Of a stretch of 64,000 bases of DNA, positions 7,655 to 17,156 are shown piece by piece (positions within the stretch are counted from its first letter, which is position 1; every line of letters starts with the position of its first letter). The notes below the pieces were generated by a model that saw nothing but the letters and a program-made list of their open reading frames with translations, had not been told where the DNA came from and ran no database searches. Origin of the DNA: a virus; IMG/VR virus record IMGVR_UViG_3300044837_000097, positions 18,716 through 82,715 of that record, one strand, 5' to 3'. The position numbers and the translations under genes were made by a program.

Positions 7655-9622
7655 ATGACAGCAAAAGGCGTAAACTCTCCCGCACCTACGACAGCAGAAG
7701 TTGTCGGCGGCGTATATAATGTAGCCCCACCAGTGCTGGTCGATGGACAAGCAACTGCGTTACAAGTTGATGTCAATGGGAAACTCATCACTTCCGGTGG
7801 CAGCGGAGGCGGTGGTAACGTAAACATCACCGGAGTTAACAGCAACCCTCCTGCATTGAACAATCCGCTTCCTGTAGAGTTATCAGATGGCTCACAAGCG
7901 GTAGGAACTGCCAGCAACCCATTGAGCGTCAACGTAATCACGGGCGGCGGCTCAAACGCGTCTGTGGGCGTGACCGGCGCGTCAGCACCGGCTTCTGCGA
8001 CAGAGATTGGTATTGTTGATGGCACAGGAAAGCTACAGAACGTTTCTCCGACAAGCCCTCTCCCAATTAGCGCGGCATCTCTTCCTCTTCCGACGCTAGC
8101 TGCGACAAGCACTAAACAGTCGGATGGTAGTCAGAAGAGTCAAGTTGTGGACGGCTCTGGTAACGTAGTTGGTACCACGGGAAACGCTCTCGATGTAAAC
8201 ATTAAGACAGGTATTTCAAATCCTCTCCCCGTCTCTGCCGCTTCCTTGCCGCTCCCGGCTCTTGCTGCTACGTCCACTAAGCAGTCAGATGGTACTCAGA
8301 AAACGCAAGTTGTAGACGGTTCTGGTAACGTAATCAGTTCTACCGGAAACGCTCTCGATGTAAACATTAAGACGGGTATTTCAAATCCGCTTCCCATCAG
8401 TGGCACCGTCGTAACGAACGCCGATACGACAATCGGTGGAACAGTTGCACCAAGCAAAGAAATCTTAGTGGCGGGAAAAACCAACGACGGCACGCCACAG
8501 TATCAGCCTATCCCAGAGGGCGCGGGTGGCCGCTCTGTTATCGTAGAAGGTGTTGCTGGCGGAACAGCCGTTCCGGTTTCAGGAGCGGTGACCTCAAACC
8601 AAGGGACGGCAAACGCAACGCCTTGGAATGAGAATCTCTCCCAATGGGGCGGAACGGCAGTATCTGCGCCTCCTGCAACAGCCGTGCAGCCAACCGGAGC
8701 CGAAGTCGGACCAGTAATTAAGGCTCTCTTGAGAAAGAATCAAGACCTACTGAGCACTGCGACTATTGGCTCTGGCGCAACTTTCACCTCTGCGGTTTTC
8801 GATACCCAGCAAACAGGGGGAGGAGTTCAAGGTGTTATCGGTTTCCTGATTCCGAGTTCTGGTTTCGGTAGCAATGCTTTGAAGTTTGATACTACCGATG
8901 ACTCCACATTCACGGTATTCACAACGCAGCAATTTACCCCGTCAGCCAACGTGTTTGGACAAGTTTATGTTAACTTGTCGGGGCGATATTGGAGACTTCG
9001 CTTTATAAACGGAGCTTCGGCGCAAACGAATCCGATTCTCTCTGTTACGACCCTATCTACGAACAAGACTCTGTCTCCGTCAATGGGCACTAACTTAAAC
9101 GACGGCCTTCTTCAAACTTTACTAAGCTCGTCTATTAGCGACACCACAACCGCTGCTCTTTGGGCTTCCGCAAACGCGGGCACAGGAGCGGCTGCTCTTA
9201 GTGCTCAATATGTAATCACTAGCGGTCCTGCGGCTGGTTCGAACTGGGCAGCACTTAGAACTCCTACGACTTTTAAAACGGCAACTGCAACCGCTTCCGG
9301 CAACACGGCGGTGTGGACCCCCACTTCTGGAAAGAAATTCCGTTTGATGCGCTTCATGGTTCAGATTACCGGAAACGCCATAACAGCAAGTGGTGTAGTT
9401 GTAACAGTCAGTTTTCAAGACTCTGCGTCAGCGATGAATATTGCTATGGACGCGTTCGTCCCCTCGGCTTCTTTGGGGACCGGTGACGATTTTATCAGCC
9501 CTTGGGTTGACCTCGGAAACGGCTTCTTGAGCGCGGCGGCGAACAACGTTTTGAACATAAACCTGTCGTCTGCGTTGACCGGCGGAAACGTCAGAGTAAC
9601 AGTCTGCGGGACGGAGGAATAA
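7655..9622 (+). CDS. Ser/Thr/Gly-rich virion fibre or decoration protein
   Basis: 655 aa, beta-rich, NPLPV repeats, located in the structural operon. Confidence 0.65.
   Translation: MTAKGVNSPAPTTAEVVGGVYNVAPPVLVDGQATALQVDVNGKLITSGGSGGGGNVNITGVNSNPPALNNPLPVELSDGSQAVGTASNPLSVNVITGGGSNASVGVTGASAPASATEIGIVDGTGKLQNVSPTSPLPISAASLPLPTLAATSTKQSDGSQKSQVVDGSGNVVGTTGNALDVNIKTGISNPLPVSAASLPLPALAATSTKQSDGTQKTQVVDGSGNVISSTGNALDVNIKTGISNPLPISGTVVTNADTTIGGTVAPSKEILVAGKTNDGTPQYQPIPEGAGGRSVIVEGVAGGTAVPVSGAVTSNQGTANATPWNENLSQWGGTAVSAPPATAVQPTGAEVGPVIKALLRKNQDLLSTATIGSGATFTSAVFDTQQTGGGVQGVIGFLIPSSGFGSNALKFDTTDDSTFTVFTTQQFTPSANVFGQVYVNLSGRYWRLRFINGASAQTNPILSVTTLSTNKTLSPSMGTNLNDGLLQTLLSSSISDTTTAALWASANAGTGAAALSAQYVITSGPAAGSNWAALRTPTTFKTATATASGNTAVWTPTSGKKFRLMRFMVQITGNAITASGVVVTVSFQDSASAMNIAMDAFVPSASLGTGDDFISPWVDLGNGFLSAAANNVLNINLSSALTGGNVRVTVCGTEE
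8057..8398 (+). repeat. Tandem 165-nt (55-aa) intragenic duplication
   Basis: PLPISAASLPLPTLAATSTKQSDG...ALDVNIKTGISN occurs twice, starting at 8057 and 8222. Confidence 0.9.
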
Positions 9623-10114
9623 ATGTACTCATCTCCAACATCAACAAGAGGCGTACAAGCGGCATCTGCGAATCCGACCCAAGATTTAAAAGATTCTGGT
9701 CGCGTAATAAAAATCTTCTCGGCCTCTTTCTCGGCAGCGACAACAGAAGCGATTGTTACTCTGACTCCCGTCTCGGATGGCACGGCAGGCTCCACTGGGA
9801 CTAGCTTCACCGTTACAGCGGGAAAGAGGTTGCGTCTTCAATCCTTCTCAGTTACCACAAAGAACGCAGGGGCTGCTATTCAGGGCGTTGTTTGTAATCT
9901 TAGAATAGCAGCAAGTGGCGCTGTTACTGCCACTTCGTCTCTGGTTGCCACCGTTGGCGCTGGCACTTTATCAGCGACAGCAAACAACGCCGCAGGCGCG
10001 GCTATGGATTTTCCAGATGGCTTGGAATTGAGTGGCACCATGCAGCTTGGTATCTCTCAAGTCGGTACGGCAACAGCCGGAAATGTTGTTACTTTAATCG
10101 GATACGAGTACTAA
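9623..10114 (+). CDS. Virion structural protein
   Basis: 163 aa, Thr/Ala-rich, similar in style to the C-terminus of the preceding protein. Confidence 0.6.
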   Translation: MYSSPTSTRGVQAASANPTQDLKDSGRVIKIFSASFSAATTEAIVTLTPVSDGTAGSTGTSFTVTAGKRLRLQSFSVTTKNAGAAIQGVVCNLRIAASGAVTATSSLVATVGAGTLSATANNAAGAAMDFPDGLELSGTMQLGISQVGTATAGNVVTLIGYEY

Positions 10115-10378
10115 ATGGCGCACACATACGTAGTAACTTCAAACAGTTATACTCCCGGTGTTCCCGGCCCTGACCCCCTCGTAACAATCATTGGAACAGT
10201 AGACGGCATTGCCGTAACCGTCCAAGTTTGGAAGAGTGCTTACGACGCCGCTCGCTTAATAAGTCTTGCTGCGTTAGAGGCATTGGTAGCACCTATAATG
10301 CTGGCGCAAGCGCAAATTAATCAACCCCCGGCTCCTTCGGTTCCGGTCAACCAAATAACCGGGACATTTATTCAGTAA
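10115..10378 (+). CDS. Small hypothetical protein (possible fibre chaperone)
   Basis: 87 aa, TAAATG junction. Confidence 0.55.
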   Translation: MAHTYVVTSNSYTPGVPGPDPLVTIIGTVDGIAVTVQVWKSAYDAARLISLAALEALVAPIMLAQAQINQPPAPSVPVNQITGTFIQ

Positions 10379-10391
10379 AAGGAAACAACAA

Positions 10392-11069
10392 ATGACAACA
10401 GCCGACATTCAACAGCAAGTGGATTTGATTTTTCAACAATTAGCAGAATTGCGCGAATCTGTGGGGGCTTTCAAGCACTGGGATAACTGTCGCAGAGGGC
10501 AACAAGGACTCAAAGGTGAGAAAGGCGACCCCGGTTCCGATGGCGTTAGCAACATTCCGGGCATCAACGGTAAAGATGGCCGCGACGGGAAGGACGGAGT
10601 ATCCTGCGTGTGCAAAGCCGGACTTGATGGTCGCGACGGCATCGACGGTAAGGACGGAGTAAACGGCGCAGATGGTAAGGACGGTCTCGATGGTGTAAAT
10701 GGCCGCGATGGTGTGGACGGCATAGACGGTAAGGATGGCTTAAGCGGTGTGGACGGCAAAGACGGTAAGGATGGCCTAAGCGGTGTGGATGGTAAAAACG
10801 GCCTAGATGCAAAGGGTGAGAAAGGCGACAGAGGAGATAAGGGTGAACCGGGCGTATCCGGGCGCAACGGCGCAGACGGAGAAAAAGGCGCGGATGGTAA
10901 AGACGGCACCAACGGCATAGACGGCACCAACGGCATAGACGGCAAGGATGGTCGAGATGGCGTGGATGGAACTCCCGGCCCCCGAGGACCCGCAGGAGAC
11001 ATCAATGCCGCTGTTACTCAATCACTGGCGGCTGTTACCAACTTTTTGAAAGAGAAGAACCTAATTTAA
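10392..11069 (+). CDS. Collagen-like (Gly-X-Y) fibre protein
   Basis: Long GKDG/GIDG/GEKG triplet run; SD AAGGA. Confidence 0.9.
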   Translation: MTTADIQQQVDLIFQQLAELRESVGAFKHWDNCRRGQQGLKGEKGDPGSDGVSNIPGINGKDGRDGKDGVSCVCKAGLDGRDGIDGKDGVNGADGKDGLDGVNGRDGVDGIDGKDGLSGVDGKDGKDGLSGVDGKNGLDAKGEKGDRGDKGEPGVSGRNGADGEKGADGKDGTNGIDGTNGIDGKDGRDGVDGTPGPRGPAGDINAAVTQSLAAVTNFLKEKNLI

Positions 11070-11076
11070 GGATTTT

Positions 11077-12417
11077 ATGGCATACGGATACCTCTCAAGT
11101 GACTCGCTAATCACATTGCAACAGTTGGTTGATGTTGCGCAAACGTTTGGTGATTTGGAACCGATTTTGAACGTGGGCGGACAAGCGCAGACTACCGCGC
11201 TATCCTGTGCCAACACTGTTATGAACGCCATCACGGGCGTGAATTTCCCGTGGAAGTGGAATGAGTTCAATATCCCGCCGTTCTACACCAACAGTTTTCA
11301 GCAGGATTATGCAGCGACCCTTCCGGCAGGGTTGTACTCAGGCATTACGCTGACTGATGTGGTCTCGGTTTCTCTGTCCCAAGGCACCGCAGTTTACGCG
11401 GGCACTGTGTTGAACGGTGAGTTCGGGTTTTTCGTCGGCATAGCTTTCGTGGTGACTGGATTCGGTAACTCGGCCAACAACGGTACGTTCATGTGCGTGG
11501 CGTCTTCTTCGACTTCGATTGTGTTGCAGAACAAAAACGCAGTCGTGCAGTCCGGTCAGACCGCTTCGGCGGTTTCAGCGGCCAGCGGTATCCGCGACCT
11601 CGCGTGGTTGGAGCGCGGCGTAGCTTTCGACATCAACAACTCGGCTCAACCGAAGCCGTATGTGCGCGTCGAAGTAGGACGCCAGTTGCCTCAAATCACC
11701 GCGAGCTATACAGGCGGCGCTGGATTGGGTGACCCGGGCTTCTTCTGTAATTGGTTTCCGAACCGCGCACTCTACTACGGTGTTTGGGGTCAGCAACAGA
11801 CGGGTGGCGCAACGCTTGGTAATAACCCGGTTGCGGGCAGCGTGTACACTCAGCCGCTCGGCAACAATTCGCAGCCTGCAAACCCTTACACTCAAATCAT
11901 CGACGCTAACGGCAATTTCTTGCTCTTGACCACGTACGGCACCGAGGGCGTGTCCGCGCCGTTGGCAGCGAAGAACGCGTGCCCGGGCACCACGGTATCC
12001 GGTTCCGGCGCAACGACAGTCTGGACCGTTCTGGACCCGAATGGTTGGGGCTTCCGTGTTTCGCCTGTGCCGTCATCAACCGGAACCGAGTGGCAGTTCA
12101 ACTTGACCGCTCAAATGAAGCCTGTGCGCTTCGTTTCTCTTGACCAGACCCTAGCACCGCTGCCGGACGAGTTTGAGCCAATCTTCCGCGAGGGCTTCAT
12201 CTGCCAGTTGTATCGTCGCTCCCCGGAGAAGGCCGTGTACGCGAAGTTTGCAGGCGAGTGGCAGCTATGGCTTCGCACATTGAACGAACTTCGTTTGCGC
12301 GAAGACCGCGAACAAGAAGAGAATAAGTTTATTCCATCCCGCACTATTTTTGGTGCAGCCCGCAGCCGCAACAACTTCCAAGGCGGCGCGTGGCCCTTCA
12401 ATTACCCGAGACCATAA
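11077..12417 (+). CDS. Head-tail adaptor-like protein 1
   Basis: N-terminal FPWKWN...QQDY, C-terminal PLPDEFEPIF helical region, inserted NNGTF beta module. Confidence 0.55.
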   Translation: MAYGYLSSDSLITLQQLVDVAQTFGDLEPILNVGGQAQTTALSCANTVMNAITGVNFPWKWNEFNIPPFYTNSFQQDYAATLPAGLYSGITLTDVVSVSLSQGTAVYAGTVLNGEFGFFVGIAFVVTGFGNSANNGTFMCVASSSTSIVLQNKNAVVQSGQTASAVSAASGIRDLAWLERGVAFDINNSAQPKPYVRVEVGRQLPQITASYTGGAGLGDPGFFCNWFPNRALYYGVWGQQQTGGATLGNNPVAGSVYTQPLGNNSQPANPYTQIIDANGNFLLLTTYGTEGVSAPLAAKNACPGTTVSGSGATTVWTVLDPNGWGFRVSPVPSSTGTEWQFNLTAQMKPVRFVSLDQTLAPLPDEFEPIFREGFICQLYRRSPEKAVYAKFAGEWQLWLRTLNELRLREDREQEENKFIPSRTIFGAARSRNNFQGGAWPFNYPRP

Positions 12418-13374
12418 ATGTTCACATTCACAATACAGAACTCTGCCTACTTCGCACAGCCGTTCGTTCAGTACGCGCCGCTCACCGCTGGATTCGGCTT
12501 CGAGCCTTCAACCACGATTTGCTCGATGATTCGCAATTCTCTTCTGTCTGCGCCGATGTCTTGGTTCTTCAACCGCAACGAGATAACTTTTCCAACGGTT
12601 GTAGGCCAGCAGGACTACTTGCAATCAATCAGTGCGAACGGAAATGATTTTGGCTTCATCGAGAAGGCAACGCTGACGGACGACCAAGGCAACATCATCG
12701 AAATTAAGGATGTGTACAACACGGCTCCTTTGGCTGTGTCGGCATTCAAGCAGCAACCGAGCGCGATAGCTGCACAGCAAATCACCTACAGCGGCGTAAC
12801 GCAATCGGTAAAGTTCCGCTTCCTCGGCGTGCCGAATCAGATTTACACCGTGACGGTTACTTATCAGAAGCTGGCTCCTCAGTTCGGACCTTTTTCGATT
12901 AGCGCGTCTTCGGCGGCATCAGGTGGAAACACTACGTACACCGGAACGTTTGACCCTTACTCTTTGCCAACAGGCGCGATAGCTACAATCGCCGGATTCG
13001 TTTCTCCCAACACGGCCAACAATGGGTCCTTCACGATTGTGAGTTGCAATGCGACAACCTTGGTGGTAGCAAACACCGCAGGCACGGCGGTCAGTGGCAT
13101 CACCGCGTTCGCCTTGAATTTGTCGTGGTCTCCAATCCCCAACCAGTTCAGCGACATCTACAACAATCTTTATCTGTCTGAGGTTTTATCGGTCCACGAC
13201 GATGCTCGTGCGCAATTGTATCGCCAGCGCGGCGTGGCTGCGTTCCTAGCGAAGTCGTCTGGTCTCACAGAGACGCAGAAGAACGCGTTCGTTCAACAGT
13301 GGATTGCTCGCGGTTCAGAGCGCGCATCCGCAGCACAAGCAATTCAAAGAGGCGACTTGGGGCGTAGTGTATAA
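12418..13374 (+). CDS. Head-tail adaptor-like protein 2 (paralogue)
   Basis: MSWFFNR...GQQDY...VPNQIYTVTVTYQK...PIPNQF. Confidence 0.55.
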   Translation: MFTFTIQNSAYFAQPFVQYAPLTAGFGFEPSTTICSMIRNSLLSAPMSWFFNRNEITFPTVVGQQDYLQSISANGNDFGFIEKATLTDDQGNIIEIKDVYNTAPLAVSAFKQQPSAIAAQQITYSGVTQSVKFRFLGVPNQIYTVTVTYQKLAPQFGPFSISASSAASGGNTTYTGTFDPYSLPTGAIATIAGFVSPNTANNGSFTIVSCNATTLVVANTAGTAVSGITAFALNLSWSPIPNQFSDIYNNLYLSEVLSVHDDARAQLYRQRGVAAFLAKSSGLTETQKNAFVQQWIARGSERASAAQAIQRGDLGRSV

Positions 13375-16300
13375 TGACTAGCACATTTGAACAGAACGGC
13401 GGTCAACCTCAAAAGCAGCCGAAGTATACGGCTATTTTCGTGGACCGCGCATTCACCGGACTTTACACACAGCGCCCCGCCCTGCACGACCCGTCCGACG
13501 TGGTCACCTCTCACTATTACGGCGGGCGTCCCGACGCTTTACTTACTGGGCGTAACGTCGAGTTGACGAATCGCAATACGTTGCAGCGTCGTCCGGGTAT
13601 GGTACCTTTCCGCACCACACCGGGAGAGGGCGCATCGTACGCTACTGCGCCTGACCGCGCATTCTCTTTTCAGCTAGCTAATGGCACAATCCGCGTTATT
13701 ATAGACACGGGAGATAGCGGATTGCTTGCTATTACCGCCGCGGCAAACGCATCAGCGGGAACTACCGTTTATACCGGGACCTTCCCGGGCGGCGCATCGA
13801 ACGGCTATGCGGGACTGACCTTCGTTGTTGCTGGATTCTCCACGAACCTGATTAATAATGGAACATTCACCTGCACCGCTTCTTCGACTACAACTCTCAC
13901 GCTAAACAACCCCAACGGTATCGCTGAAACGATAGCCGCAACCGCAGATACTGCGGGCGGTGTGTATTGGGATAAGATGGATGGTACCGCGACTTTGCTG
14001 GTTGCCAAGTCTCCGGGCGCAGGACAGATGTACTTCATTTCAGTCGCTGGCGTGTTGTATATGGGCGACGGCATCGACACGAGAAAATACACCCCGTTAA
14101 ATGTCAATGGAATTATTTGGAATTGGGGTATTGTTGCGCCAACCGCCCAGCCAACAATCGGCTTGACTCCATCCGGCGCTGCGGCCACTCGTTGGCAGAT
14201 TAACACAAACTTCACGACGATGGGCTTAACGAAGGACACGAACGCTACGCCTCTCATCTGGCAACTTATCAGCGTCAACGCTGACGGCTCACAAGCTGCG
14301 ACTGCTCAGTTTGGAACGGCGGGCAACGGTGAACCAAACTGGCCGACAGCGGAAGGCGCAACGCTTGTTGATAACAGCGTAACGTGGCTGAATATGGGTC
14401 CGGTCAGTGCGATTCTGCCGAACACTTTTTATACCGACCTCGGTATCGGCGGCGGTTACGCGGGGGAAAACTTTTCTCAACCGGGGGCTGGCACCGCGAT
14501 TAACTCCATTTACGGGAACTTTAAGAACTCTGGACATCTCGGCAACACGGGTGGAACACTTCCCGCGTTCTCTGGAGCATATCCGGGTCCGGCTGGCGGG
14601 TACTTCAACAACAACACTCACTGGTTCGCAATCGGAAGTTTTAACACGCCGACACAATTATTGGCGCTGCGCTGGAAGCCATCTAAGGTTTACGCTAACT
14701 GGGCACCCACAGGCGCAAACGCATCAATTGCGGGAACACCAGATTTCATTTTGACTGGCAACCTTCCGGCAGCAGCAGGCACCGTGGTTAATCTGTTCAT
14801 CCCCAAGGTTGGCGGAACATCAGGTAGCGGATACAATCCTTTCCCCTCAACGTCGGTCTTCGGAAACACGGTCACTGATAATCAGCTTTCGTGGTTGTGC
14901 TTGGGACCCGCCGCGTGGCAGTCAACTTTCGCGTACACTCCTTGGGTCGCTCAAGGTACCGCATTTGGCTGTGTCTTCGATGGCGCAAACTTTCAAGTCT
15001 GCGTAAAGTCAGCCGGTACCGGATTGAGCGGCTCTCATATTCCGGGCACCGCGATTGTAACAGCAGCTAGTGTGGTCGTCACAAACTCGGGCACAACAAC
15101 AATTTTCACTAAGAGCGCAGGCTCTTGGCTGGCGACTCCGTCAGCAGGCGACCAGATTTTGACTTCTGGTTTTGCGAATGCGGCGAACAATGGTACCTTC
15201 TTGGTTGTGTCTGCAACATCGAATACAATCGTTGTTAACGTAAACACCGGGTCACCGGAAACAGCGACAGCAACAATCACGCTGAGTCCGTGGGGCACCG
15301 GTTATGGTGCTGCAACTCAAGACGGTGGTATTACGTGGACCTGCGTCGGGCAGAATGTGCCTTGGGTCGCGGGTTCTGGTACGACAGGAATTTGGCACCT
15401 GCCAACGGCTGGCTTTCAACCACCGGGACCGAGTGAGCAATTTGGTGGTTCCGAAGTTGCGGAGAGCGGCTTCGTCCAAGCCGTTGTGAATTCTGGAAAA
15501 TCTGGACCATCTACGCCGCCTGTTTGGCCGACAACCATCGGCTCTACAGTTACTGATGCCGGTTCTCCCACAATTACGTGGCAGACAGCAGCGGCGATTT
15601 CCTCTCAGTCGTTGGCTTGGTCATTTGGACTGGCATACGCATACAGCTTCAAGGCTCGCCCAATCGATGATATTTACTCGCCGTTGCCGCTTGGCGGCGG
15701 ACTGGTTCCTCCGGGTAGCGTTCCTCTAGGCATCCCGTTTGGTTCCGAGACCAACGCCATATCTTCTGCGTCACCAGTAAACCAAATCGTTGGCGCAAAT
15801 ACCGGTTCCGTCAATACTATCTCGGGTAATTATAGCCCCGACCCGCAAGTTGACACCATCGTAATTTGGCGTTCAGCCGATACTGCGTCTGGCTCAAACA
15901 CCATGTTTGAGTTGACGGAGATTCCGAACGTGCCCGCGTTGGCGGGTGTGGTAATGTGGAAGTTCCAAGACTTCCTGCCCAGCGTTGCAGCGGGGTCATT
16001 TCCGGGATTGAATGTTCTTCTACCTGCGCCGGTTGACGGCGTGAACAATCCGCCACTACCGACCTTCTTGCCGCAAGTTTTTAACTTTCAGCGCATTTGG
16101 GGGTCGAATGGTCAGCAAGTAAATTTCTCGGGCGGACCAGACACCAATGTTGGCAACCCGAACGAGGCATTCAACGAATCGGACGAGTTGCCGTTCCTCG
16201 CTCCTGTTACGCGCTTGGTCAAAACTCCTCAAGGCATCGTGACCTTCTTAACAGACAGTATCGAAATTATCGGCGGTGGTCCAGCGACAGCGACATTCGC

Positions 16301-17156
16301 TTCTGTTACGATGGCACCCGGCGTCGGTTTGCTATCTTTCAACGCCTGCGATGTTTTTGCGGGTGAAATTTATTTCTTCTCCAGCGATAATCAGTTTCGA
16401 GTAATTACACCGTCTTTGAACATGTCGTTGTTTGGATTCCCGTTAGGCGACCAGTTCGCGAACAACCCGTCGTTTGGGAGCTTAGATACGACGTGGGACC
16501 CCTCGAAAGTTTACGTTGCTGTTCACCAGAATGGTACCGATAACTGCGTCTTCGTTGCGGACGGCTCAACTGGCTGGTATCGGTTGAATCCTCATCAAGT
16601 TCCGGGCGCGTCACAAGGGCCGGAACCGATTTGGTCGCCGTACGCAGTAATCACGGGCGGCGTAAAGATGGTGCAGAGCGTTGAGACTGCGCCGGGAATC
16701 AAGCAACTGCTTGGCGGCGGTGTCTCGCCGGGAGATAACATTCTCTCGCGCAGCTTGACCAACTTCCAAGACGACGGCGCATCATACGACGCGTTCGTCA
16801 CGATGGGCAGCATCACTCTCGCAAAGCCGGGAACTTTGGCGCTATTGAAGTTCTTAGAGTTCGATTTCTCCGGTGTTGCGTATCAGCCGGTAATAAGTTA
16901 TCTGTTGAACGAAATTAGCGGAACTTTTACCCCCTTCGTGAACGGGACATTCGGCGTACCGCAATTCGACCCGCCATCGCTGTACGGCGATACGATTGCT
17001 CCCACAAGTTATAGCCCGAACCGCTATTACTTTAGTGCGAACGCGTCCTTGGCTCGTTGCCGTCACATGCAGATTAAAATAGATTTCGGAACCACATCGA
17101 ACGGTGACGAAATGTATAGTTTGGCGGTTTATGGTCGTTCGATTGTAGAGAACTAA
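13374..17156 (+). CDS. Tail nozzle/stabilisation protein with inserted carbohydrate-binding-like repeats
   Basis: 1260 aa; NVEL...LQRRPG N-terminus, propeller-like C-terminus, repeated D-x-x-x-T-W-x-C-x-G motifs. Confidence 0.6.
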   Translation: MTSTFEQNGGQPQKQPKYTAIFVDRAFTGLYTQRPALHDPSDVVTSHYYGGRPDALLTGRNVELTNRNTLQRRPGMVPFRTTPGEGASYATAPDRAFSFQLANGTIRVIIDTGDSGLLAITAAANASAGTTVYTGTFPGGASNGYAGLTFVVAGFSTNLINNGTFTCTASSTTTLTLNNPNGIAETIAATADTAGGVYWDKMDGTATLLVAKSPGAGQMYFISVAGVLYMGDGIDTRKYTPLNVNGIIWNWGIVAPTAQPTIGLTPSGAAATRWQINTNFTTMGLTKDTNATPLIWQLISVNADGSQAATAQFGTAGNGEPNWPTAEGATLVDNSVTWLNMGPVSAILPNTFYTDLGIGGGYAGENFSQPGAGTAINSIYGNFKNSGHLGNTGGTLPAFSGAYPGPAGGYFNNNTHWFAIGSFNTPTQLLALRWKPSKVYANWAPTGANASIAGTPDFILTGNLPAAAGTVVNLFIPKVGGTSGSGYNPFPSTSVFGNTVTDNQLSWLCLGPAAWQSTFAYTPWVAQGTAFGCVFDGANFQVCVKSAGTGLSGSHIPGTAIVTAASVVVTNSGTTTIFTKSAGSWLATPSAGDQILTSGFANAANNGTFLVVSATSNTIVVNVNTGSPETATATITLSPWGTGYGAATQDGGITWTCVGQNVPWVAGSGTTGIWHLPTAGFQPPGPSEQFGGSEVAESGFVQAVVNSGKSGPSTPPVWPTTIGSTVTDAGSPTITWQTAAAISSQSLAWSFGLAYAYSFKARPIDDIYSPLPLGGGLVPPGSVPLGIPFGSETNAISSASPVNQIVGANTGSVNTISGNYSPDPQVDTIVIWRSADTASGSNTMFELTEIPNVPALAGVVMWKFQDFLPSVAAGSFPGLNVLLPAPVDGVNNPPLPTFLPQVFNFQRIWGSNGQQVNFSGGPDTNVGNPNEAFNESDELPFLAPVTRLVKTPQGIVTFLTDSIEIIGGGPATATFASVTMAPGVGLLSFNACDVFAGEIYFFSSDNQFRVITPSLNMSLFGFPLGDQFANNPSFGSLDTTWDPSKVYVAVHQNGTDNCVFVADGSTGWYRLNPHQVPGASQGPEPIWSPYAVITGGVKMVQSVETAPGIKQLLGGGVSPGDNILSRSLTNFQDDGASYDAFVTMGSITLAKPGTLALLKFLEFDFSGVAYQPVISYLLNEISGTFTPFVNGTFGVPQFDPPSLYGDTIAPTSYSPNRYYFSANASLARCRHMQIKIDFGTTSNGDEMYSLAVYGRSIVEN

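Noticed and set aside
8057-8398. DGR template/variable repeat pair
   Set aside because: It is a tandem in-frame duplication with mostly synonymous differences, not adenine-specific ones, and no reverse transcriptase is in the window.
7655-10378. Three in-frame ORFs separated by single TAA codons, suggesting readthrough or recoding
   Set aside because: Each TAA is followed directly by ATG (coupling), and all three stop codons are used normally elsewhere.
10500-11000. CRISPR-like or satellite repeat
   Set aside because: The periodicity comes from collagen Gly-X-Y codons; there are no spacers.
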